From the NCBI GenBank assembly GCA_001919285.1, contig MNHO01000002.1, positions 6,588-49,204 of the forward strand: a stretch of DNA of 42,617 nt. Direction: 5' to 3'. Made by a program: the position numbers and the translations under genes. The notes under the pieces are model-generated. The model saw nothing but the letters and a program-made list of their open reading frames with translations, was not told the origin of the DNA and made no database searches. The stretch comes from an archaeon 13_1_40CM_2_52_13. GTDB lineage: Archaea > Thermoproteota > Bathyarchaeia > 40CM-2-53-6. Below are positions 27,920 through 35,287 of the stretch, one piece after another (position 1 is the stretch's first letter; the number at the start of each line of letters is the position of its first letter).

Positions 27920-28747
27920 TTGGGAGCGGGTATAGGCGAGCCGGTCGTATTCGTTCATGGAATACCAACCGATTATCGTGCATGGAACGGCCAAATTGAG
28001 CCCTTCTCGGAGAAGTATCACGTTATCGCCTACAGTAGACGTCTCGCCCAGCCGAATCAGAATAGCATGGACTATGAGAAGAGCACGATCGAAAACAATT
28101 CCGCAGATCTTGTTGGCTTGATAGAAGAACTTGGAATTTCCCCCATTCATTTGGTGGGCCACTCCTACGGTGGTTTCGCCTCGGCGTTCTGCGCATCAAC
28201 CAACCCGCAATTGATTCGGACTCTGACGCTGATCGAACCAGCGGTCTCAACTATTCTACTGAAGAATCTGAAGAGCAAGTCAGGATTCCTAGGCCTATTG
28301 CTCGAACATCCTTCAATAGCCGTCTCGGCCGCGAAATTTCAGCGAAACTCGTTGAACCCCTCTCTCAAGGCATTCCGCCAGGGAGATTTCGATGCCGCCC
28401 TCAGATACAATCTTGACGGCATAATGAATCGGCATGGAGCATTCGAACAGTTTCCCGAACAAGTGCGCATAATGGTGAAGGAGAATGAGAGGACGGTTGG
28501 AGAGCTAATGGCGGAAGTACCCGTGTTTGGCAGAGAAGAAGCGTCCAAGATATCCGCGCCAACACTTCTGATCCATGGAACCGAAAGCCCGACGGTACTG
28601 CACGCCATCGTCAACCGACTAGGAAAGGCGATTCCCAAGAGCGAAATCTCAACGATTTCCGGAGCTGCACACTTCCCGCATTTCGAAAAACCCCAGGAAT
28701 TCAATCAACTCTTGCTTGGTTTTCTCTCGAAGCACGCATCGAATTGA
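27920..28747 (+). CDS. Alpha/beta hydrolase
   Basis: VVFVHG, GHSYGG nucleophile elbow, LIEP, PTLLIHG, GAAHFPH. The start is uncertain (see findings). Confidence 0.9.
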   Translation: MGAGIGEPVVFVHGIPTDYRAWNGQIEPFSEKYHVIAYSRRLAQPNQNSMDYEKSTIENNSADLVGLIEELGISPIHLVGHSYGGFASAFCASTNPQLIRTLTLIEPAVSTILLKNLKSKSGFLGLLLEHPSIAVSAAKFQRNSLNPSLKAFRQGDFDAALRYNLDGIMNRHGAFEQFPEQVRIMVKENERTVGELMAEVPVFGREEASKISAPTLLIHGTESPTVLHAIVNRLGKAIPKSEISTISGAAHFPHFEKPQEFNQLLLGFLSKHASN

Positions 28748-28774
28748 TCAGAACCGAATCTTAGGGCTGCTCAG

Positions 28775-29680
28775 TTGGACGTTTACCTCGTCGATGGTAC
28801 CTACGAGCTGTTTCGCCACTTCTACGCTATGCCTCCTCATTCGAACGAGCGGGGCGAGGAGGTCGCTGCGACGCGGGGAGTGTTGGGAAGTATTGCTGGG
28901 ATGCTTGAATCGGGAGTTTCGCACATCGGGGTAGCGACCGACCATGTCATTGAGTCCTTCCGCAACGATCTCTGGCCGGGGTACAAGACGAGTGAGGGTG
29001 TGGATCCTCGTCTACTTGCGCAGTTTCAATTGCTTGAAGAGGCGCTCGAAACCATGGGAGTTGTAGTCTGGCCAATGGTCGAATTGGAGGCCGACGACGC
29101 TCTCGCGGGCGCGGCGTTGTCTCTTAGCCGAATTTCTGCGGTGTCGCGCGTTTACATCTGCACCCCCGATAAGGACTTGGCACAGTGCGTGAGAGACGAT
29201 CGTGTGGTCCAGCTCGATCGTCGAGCGCGACAAGTCCGGAACGAGGCTGGGGTCCGTGAAAAGTTCGGCGTCTCGCCAACGTCCATTCCCGACTATCTCG
29301 CCCTGGTAGGGGACACTGCTGATGGATATCCCGGTCTCACAGGCTGGGGCGATAAGTCTGCTGGAGCGGTTATCGGTTTCTACGGGCACCTCGAAGCTGT
29401 TCCTAGGTCGGCTATGGACTGGAAGGTTACTGTTCGGAGAGCCGACAGTCTTGCTGAGACTCTCCAAGAAAAATTCAAGCTCGCGTTGTTATTCCGTGAT
29501 CTCGCCACCCTACGAACGAAAGAGCCGAGGATCCGCTCGACGAACGAGCTTCGTTGGCATGGACCTGGCCCCAGCTTTGCCACCGTATCCGAGCGACTGG
29601 ACGATCCTCAACTAGTCAAACGGGTCGCTGACATTGCAGCTAATCGGCAATCCAAGAGTCGCACGTCGGACCGTCGATGA
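28775..29680 (+). CDS. Stand-alone bacterial-type 5'-3' exonuclease/flap endonuclease (PolA N-terminal domain-like)
   Basis: YLVDG, FRNDLWPGYK, EADD, TPDKDLAQ, DYLALVGDTADGYPG..GWG.KSA (H3TH). Confidence 0.92.
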   Translation: MDVYLVDGTYELFRHFYAMPPHSNERGEEVAATRGVLGSIAGMLESGVSHIGVATDHVIESFRNDLWPGYKTSEGVDPRLLAQFQLLEEALETMGVVVWPMVELEADDALAGAALSLSRISAVSRVYICTPDKDLAQCVRDDRVVQLDRRARQVRNEAGVREKFGVSPTSIPDYLALVGDTADGYPGLTGWGDKSAGAVIGFYGHLEAVPRSAMDWKVTVRRADSLAETLQEKFKLALLFRDLATLRTKEPRIRSTNELRWHGPGPSFATVSERLDDPQLVKRVADIAANRQSKSRTSDRR

Positions 29681-29724
29681 CAGGCCTAATGTAACCCGAC
29701 TCGCGGCCACGTGCGCCGGTTGAG

Positions 29725-30369
29725 ATGTCAAGGAGTAAATTGTTCTTCGACGTAGCTACATCTCTAGATGGTTTTATCGCTCCTGAAGGAATGGACTTGG
29801 CGCACGCGAACGATCCAGAATTCAAACAGTGGATGAGCCAATGGATGAAGCTGCAGAACTGGGTCTTTAAGCAACAGTTCTTTCGCAAAAACCTCAAGCT
29901 CGGCGACGGCGGTGAGTCCGGCCGTGACAATCGAATGTTGGAAGAGACCTTCAACCGCACGGGCGTGAGCATCATGGGAAAGAGAATGTTTGACGGGGGA
30001 GAACGCTTCTGGCCAGAAGAAGCGCCCTTCCACACACCAGTCTTCGTCTTGACTCATCAGGCTCGCAAGCCCTGGGAACGCCCAGGCGGCACCACTTTCT
30101 ACTTCATCAATGATGGGATAGAGAATGCACTTGGACAGGCGCGAAAGGCATCAGGCAACCGTGACATAAGAATCGCGGGAGGCGCCAACGTCATCCAACA
30201 GTATCTTAACGCTGGATTAGTCGACGAGTTTACGATCCACTATTCACCGGTGTTCTTCGGCCACGGAGCGCAGCTGTTTTCGGGAACGAGTAAGGACATT
30301 GGTCTGAAAATCAAGGAGGCAGTTGCATCTAAGGAAGTTACGCACGTTACATTCGACGTGGTGAGGTGA
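29725..30369 (+). CDS. Dihydrofolate reductase-like (RibD C-terminal) family protein
   Basis: SLDGFIA, IMGKRMF, PVFVLTH, IAGGANVIQQYLNAGLVDE, PVFFG.G. Confidence 0.92.
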   Translation: MSRSKLFFDVATSLDGFIAPEGMDLAHANDPEFKQWMSQWMKLQNWVFKQQFFRKNLKLGDGGESGRDNRMLEETFNRTGVSIMGKRMFDGGERFWPEEAPFHTPVFVLTHQARKPWERPGGTTFYFINDGIENALGQARKASGNRDIRIAGGANVIQQYLNAGLVDEFTIHYSPVFFGHGAQLFSGTSKDIGLKIKEAVASKEVTHVTFDVVR

Positions 30370-30421
30370 AACGATTCGGTCAGTCCAGTCCGATTGTTTC
30401 CAGTTTCCATACCGACTCGTT

Positions 30422-30877
30422 TCAGGCAGAACCATACAGATTCCCGTAGGCCGTCGCGTCGCGTAAGGTGACGAGAGTGTACAGGATCCATGCGATCAAA
30501 GCAACGGCTCCGACGGCTGTTAGTCCTACGGTGAACAATATCAGAGCCGGCTCCAGCAATATGAAGAGCGTGCCGAAGAGCCAGAATAATGCTCCTCTCT
30601 GCATGCTCGTGCGTCTCTTGGCGCTGTTAAGCTTCAATACGCCTATCCGATAGTAGAAGAGTCCTGAGAGGCTAAAAGTGAGAATGGTTAGAACAATGAC
30701 TGTCAGTGTGACTTGGAAGAGAATGGGGTCGATCTGCGCCGAGGAATAACGAGGGTAGAGAAAGAAGAGGAGGAACGTGAAGACCGCCATGGTGGATCCT
30801 ACAAGAGTCCCGGCCCGATTCACATTCGCGGCTGCCAGATCAAGATCCAACCAGCGTTCTTCCCTGGAATCCGACAC
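30422..30877 (-). CDS. Hypothetical 4-TM membrane protein
   Basis: Four hydrophobic segments; fills the gap between flanking genes. Confidence 0.7.
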   Translation of the reverse strand: MSDSREERWLDLDLAAANVNRAGTLVGSTMAVFTFLLFFLYPRYSSAQIDPILFQVTLTVIVLTILTFSLSGLFYYRIGVLKLNSAKRRTSMQRGALFWLFGTLFILLEPALILFTVGLTAVGAVALIAWILYTLVTLRDATAYGNLYGSA

Positions 30878-30964
30878 CGACTAAGTCTCTTCTGCGAATT
30901 CGGTCGAAGAGCCCTTCCACTATTTAGGTACTCGAAAAAATCCTGTGAGGACCATTGGACTAGA

Positions 30965-31291
30965 CTAGAATCCTTCGATCTTGCGTTTCATCCGCGCTAG
31001 CAGATCTACCGCACTATCCGCGTAGCTACTGATCCACCTGTCATGTAGCTCTTTGATAGGGAGCGGGTTGATGTAGTTCCAACGCAAACGCCCGTCACGC
31101 CTTACGATGAGGAGGTCGGCTTTCTCGAGAGCACGGAGATGCTGCATGACGGTACAGCGGTCCAGTTGCTTGAAGTGCTCGCACACTTCTCCGGTGGTTC
31201 TTCCCCGAACCTTGAGCAGGTCGAGTATTTCGCGTCTCCGAGTGTCGCCTAAGGCTTTGAAGATCAGATCGTACTTGTCCTCCCTCTGCAT
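30965..31291 (-). CDS. ArsR/SmtB family HTH transcriptional regulator
   Basis: IFKALGDTRRREILDLL, TTGEVC, TVMQHLRALEKADL, RDGRLRWNY. Start at ATG31291 or TTG31327. Confidence 0.92.
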   Translation of the reverse strand: MQREDKYDLIFKALGDTRRREILDLLKVRGRTTGEVCEHFKQLDRCTVMQHLRALEKADLLIVRRDGRLRWNYINPLPIKELHDRWISSYADSAVDLLARMKRKIEGF

Positions 31292-31352
31292 GATGCTATC
31301 TCGAAGTGCTTTCGGCCGACTGCTCAATGTCGATGCTTGAGTGCGTCCAAAG

Positions 31353-31370
31353 TGTTATAAATATATAACA
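31353..31370. promoter_or_regulatory. Palindromic operator TGTTATA-N4-TATAACA overlapping TATA-like boxes
   Basis: Perfect 7-4-7 inverted repeat between the divergent ArsR and SRPBCC genes. Confidence 0.75.
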
Positions 31371-31386
31371 TATCGCTGAAAGCGGA

Positions 31387-31887
31387 TTGGAACCGAACAT
31401 GGACCTAAAATTTACGGTACAGACGAAGATTCAGAAACCTGTTAACGAGGTCTTCGACGCTGTTCACAATCCGAAGAAGCTCAGCGGATATTTCACGACC
31501 GGCGGATCAGATGGGCCGCTTGATCAGGGAAGAACGGTGGTATGGAAATTCGACGACGCTGGAAACGAAGTCATAACCGTTCCAGTGAAGGTCCAGAAGG
31601 TTGTGCCGAACAAGTTGATTCAATTCTCCTGGGAGGCCAGCGAAGGGGTCTACGACCCGAAGACCGGAGCGCTTCCGAGCGGTGGCGGATACGACACTGT
31701 CGTGGAGGTGAGTTTCGAGGCTCTGAATGCAAAGGAGACGCTCGTGAAGATTGTTGAGGGCAAGTGGCGGCCTACGGATCGTGGTTTGGACGGCTCATAC
31801 CAGAACTGTCAAGGCTGGACTCACATGAGCATGTGTCTCAAAGCCTACTTGGAATACGGCATCAACCTCCGAAAAGGATCCGTCTGA
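31387..31887 (+). CDS. SRPBCC/AHSA1-like domain protein
   Basis: IQKPVNEVFDAV..P..LSGYF, VPNKLIQFSW, TLVKI.E, GWT.M..CLKAYLEYGINLR. Start at TTG31387 or ATG31399. Confidence 0.9.
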   Translation: MEPNMDLKFTVQTKIQKPVNEVFDAVHNPKKLSGYFTTGGSDGPLDQGRTVVWKFDDAGNEVITVPVKVQKVVPNKLIQFSWEASEGVYDPKTGALPSGGGYDTVVEVSFEALNAKETLVKIVEGKWRPTDRGLDGSYQNCQGWTHMSMCLKAYLEYGINLRKGSV

Positions 31888-31933
31888 AAAAATTCTGAAA
31901 CCACAGGCGCCAGTTGCGAAATCCTGTCATCAT

Positions 31934-32512
31934 CTACCCCTTCGCAACGGGGGTTGGTTCGTAATCGAGCCGGACTACTCCGTTCTTGTACGCCTTGTTC
32001 TCAACCAGTTTGAGGTTGAGCCGCCCTTCACCGCGGAAGAATGGCTTGCCATTTCCGAGTAGCGTGGGGTGAAGCCAGATATGGAACAGGTCAACGAGAC
32101 CGGCCTCGGCCAGGCTCTGCACAAGCTTAGGGCTGCCGAACGTGACGATATCCTTCCCAGGTTTTTCCTTCAGCTTGCGAATCTCTCGTAGGACGTCGCC
32201 TCGAAGTAGGGTTGCGTTGGCGTACTTGCCCCATGGGGTTTCCTTGAGAGTATTCGAAGCAACCAGCTTCGGCGTATGGTTCATTACGTCCGAGCCGGGA
32301 GAGGTCTCTTCGGTCTGGTTGGGCCAGGCACCTGCCATGATCTGGTAGGTCTGGCGGCCTAGGAGGAACGTCCCAGCGTTCGCCTGTAGCCTGCTCATGT
32401 CAGCACCCATGCCTTCGCTGTCGAAATCGTTGATGACCCAATCCATCTCTTCTTTGGGACCAACAACGAGGCCGTCTAGAGACAGGAACATGGAGACGAC
32501 AACTTTACTCAT
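31934..32512 (-). CDS. Dihydrofolate reductase-like (RibD C-terminal) family protein
   Basis: MFLSLDG, LLGRQTY, PKLVASNTL, GKDIVTFGS, GLVD, HPTLLGNGKP, GVV.L.Y. Confidence 0.92.
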   Translation of the reverse strand: MSKVVVSMFLSLDGLVVGPKEEMDWVINDFDSEGMGADMSRLQANAGTFLLGRQTYQIMAGAWPNQTEETSPGSDVMNHTPKLVASNTLKETPWGKYANATLLRGDVLREIRKLKEKPGKDIVTFGSPKLVQSLAEAGLVDLFHIWLHPTLLGNGKPFFRGEGRLNLKLVENKAYKNGVVRLDYEPTPVAKG

Positions 32513-32560
32513 GGGTAGCAGAGTCCTCGCGAGAGCAGGATTTCCAACCACTAGTTCAGC

Positions 32561-33326
32561 TTATTTCTTCGCTTTCTGTTGCAAGAATTCCAAGATGACT
32601 TTGTTCGCGATGCGTGGCTTTTCAGACAACAGGAAATGCGTAGTCTCGGGAATGACGCATAACTGTGCCCCTTTGATCGACCTGAACAGCTCTAGAGTGT
32701 GCTCTGGAATAACCGCGTCCCGGTCTCCGAACATTACCAACGTAGGAGCAGTGATCTTTGTTAGCTCTTCTCTTTGAATGTCAGGCTCCGTAAGCCATAG
32801 CCTCTTCGTTTTCTCAAACACAACCGGGAAATGGGCGGGACCGTCGGGGGTTGCCTCTTCGTAGCGTTTTACCAAATTCGGTTGGCTTTTTCTGAAGGAC
32901 TCGGTGTCCCCGACCTGATCCAGTCCTGATCCTGAGCGGGTACGGAGTTGGGGTTGAGGCTTCCACCTACACAAACCAAGCGCTTGACGAGGTCCGGTCG
33001 AGAGATGGGGAGGAGAAGAGCGACGATTGCCCCATCGCGCCAGCCTAGGAGGTTAGTCGGGCCGATTCCCAGTTCTTGAATGAAGTCGATTGCATATTGC
33101 GTCATGGTGGCAAAGTGGAAGGGTTCGTTATTGTCCGCGGTGTGTCCGTGCCCGGGCCGTTCGAATGCGGCTACTCTGAGCTGCTTCGATAGTTCGAGAG
33201 TCTGGTTAGAGAAATCTTCGACTGTCCCAAACCCTCCGTGCAACAATAACAGAGGCTCGCCTCTCCCCCGTGTCTGATTGAACAACTGTGATCCCTAATC
33301 GGGAGATAGGCCTTGGCGGCGGACAC
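32561..33326 (-). pseudogene. Alpha/beta hydrolase pseudogene
   Basis: The N-half (LLLHGG, GHGHT) and C-half (PTLVMFGDRD, ETTH) are in different frames, with a shift near 32902. The nucleophile motif reads GWRDG instead of GWSDG. A probable second shift near 33293 separates GTG33326 (MSAAKAYLPIR) from the rest. Confidence 0.8.
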
Positions 33327-33493
33327 AGAGTCGTCCGAGGATTTGGGAGTAGTTCATTTTTGACGATGAAATTTGCCAGAAACTAGGATGCTCATATCGG
33401 CGTTAGTAGCACACAACCGTTCGCACGACCTTGTGGGTTCTTGGCGAAGTAAACACCAATAAGGTAGCTAGTCATGTTGAAGGTCGGAAGTTC

Positions 33494-35116
33494 TTGCCGA
33501 GCCAACGCACGAATGGTCTGAGTAGACTCTATCTTCTCGCGACCTTGATCATTATCACTTCGATCCTAGTGATCCCTTTGCAGGCTTTTGCAGCCAAGCC
33601 TTCAACCCCTACATACGCCAGCATGCCCGGTGTAACAAATGTTCAGGCTAGCCACGCAGTACTAGGAGGGGCAACGGACAGGACGGGCGCATGCGTCGCC
33701 AACGCTAAGTACGATAATCATCACAGTGAATCGTGGATAGCTGTAGACCCGACCAACTCCCACCATCTCGTCGCTATGTCCAAGTTCTTCTTCGACCCGC
33801 AATACTACCTCTTCCACATTGGAGCGTACGTCTCAAGGGATGGCGGACTCCACTGGAAGGATGCTGTTATCCCCGGGTTCGATTGTCAGAGCGCGCCTAA
33901 CAACAGCTGGGTCGACACCACTGATCCGGTTCTGGCATTCGACGCCAGGGGCAACGTGTACTCCGCGTTCCTGCCGTATAGTTTCAAGTACAATCCCGAC
34001 GGGCACCAGGTCTGGGGAGTCGTCCCGAACGACGCCGTCTTCGTCATCAAGTCTGCAGACGGCGGCGACACCTGGACCATTGGAAACCAGGGCGTTGCGC
34101 TGGAGACCTACAGCTCGAGCGGACTGGGGATTACCGCTGATAAGCAGTGGATATCTGTTGACTCGAATCCGCGTAGCCCGTTCGCCAACAACGTCTATGT
34201 GGGGTGGACACTCTTCGCCGGTGGAAGCAACGAAATGTGGTTCTCGAGGTCCAGCGACCAAGGAGCACACTTCTCAACCCCGATCAAGATCTCCAGGCCC
34301 AACAACGATGGACCCTTCAACCAGTTCATAATGATGGGCACCGGACCTGAGGGGACGCTGTACGCCGCTTACACCAGTTCTCCCTCCTCCAAGCATTCAA
34401 TGGTTGATGTCTGGGTGCTCAAGTCCACCGACGGAGGTCAAACATTCTCGGCTCCGATGTTCGCTGCCACGTTTCGCGCTGTCTCGACAGCCGCACTGGC
34501 CAATACTACTTTTCGAGACGGTATAGCAGACAATTTCGCCGTCAACCCTGCAAACGGCCACCTCCTACTGGCGTTGGAGGTTGACAGTGGAAACGGGGTT
34601 GATGTTCAGCTTACAGAATCTCTTGATCGCGGAGTCCACTGGACATCACCTGTTAACGTCAATGATCCTTCGACGGTGAATGACGGGACGGACCAGTTCC
34701 AGCCGACCGTCTCAGCCTCACCGAGCGGGACCGTGGCCGTGGCCTTCTATGACCGACGATTAGCATGCCCAAGCAACGACACGAACATCCTCCCGAACGA
34801 TGCAGGGCGGACTAACTTCTGCATCGACACCACAATCCAGTTCTACACAGATGGACAGCTGGGTCTCCAGGCGGAAGGATCCAACATTCGCGTATCATCC
34901 TCTACTTGGGATCCCCAGAACCCCGGAAGCACGACTGGCCAGCTACCCAGGCCCTTCGGACCAACGACGTCATTGACATTCATCGGAGACTACTTCGGAC
35001 TCGCACTCTCAAACACCACAGCTTACGTTCTTTCAGTCTCCAACCATGACTCGGGAATGAACCCCTCGAACGACCAGCAACAATTCCTGGGGATAGTGCC
35101 CATACCCTCAGCATAG
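33494..35116 (+). CDS. Secreted BNR/Asp-box beta-propeller protein (sialidase-like)
   Basis: Signal peptide (LYLLATLIIITSILVIPLQAFA). Asp boxes SRDGGLHW, SADGGDTW, SSDQGAHF, STDGGQTF and SLDRGVHW. TDP, DKQW, DQFQP and FIGDY motifs. The start is uncertain. Confidence 0.85.
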   Translation: MPSQRTNGLSRLYLLATLIIITSILVIPLQAFAAKPSTPTYASMPGVTNVQASHAVLGGATDRTGACVANAKYDNHHSESWIAVDPTNSHHLVAMSKFFFDPQYYLFHIGAYVSRDGGLHWKDAVIPGFDCQSAPNNSWVDTTDPVLAFDARGNVYSAFLPYSFKYNPDGHQVWGVVPNDAVFVIKSADGGDTWTIGNQGVALETYSSSGLGITADKQWISVDSNPRSPFANNVYVGWTLFAGGSNEMWFSRSSDQGAHFSTPIKISRPNNDGPFNQFIMMGTGPEGTLYAAYTSSPSSKHSMVDVWVLKSTDGGQTFSAPMFAATFRAVSTAALANTTFRDGIADNFAVNPANGHLLLALEVDSGNGVDVQLTESLDRGVHWTSPVNVNDPSTVNDGTDQFQPTVSASPSGTVAVAFYDRRLACPSNDTNILPNDAGRTNFCIDTTIQFYTDGQLGLQAEGSNIRVSSSTWDPQNPGSTTGQLPRPFGPTTSLTFIGDYFGLALSNTTAYVLSVSNHDSGMNPSNDQQQFLGIVPIPSA

Positions 35117-35287
35117 ACAGATTGAGACCATAGACCTCGGAGAACCTTGCACTGCGTTGTAGTTGGTAGTAAGTTGAACGATATGACGGCCGGGACAGGA
35201 AGAATCATTCTTTCGATAAGGAATAATTATTAGAAGGAGATAACCTCTTAAAGAAGAACAGAGAAGACTCATTCAATTTCGATAGAC

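Noticed and set aside
30887-30911. CTCTTC...GAAGAG hairpin upstream of the 4-TM gene as a riboswitch
   Set aside because: The stem is short and I see no known aptamer consensus.
29725-32512. Calling the DHFR-like genes folA or ribD
   Set aside because: They match the broad RibD C-terminal/DHFR-like family with no deaminase domain, so a specific activity cannot be assigned.
33494-35116. Calling this a true sialidase (nanH)
   Set aside because: Asp boxes are present but the RIP motif and Arg triad are not evident.
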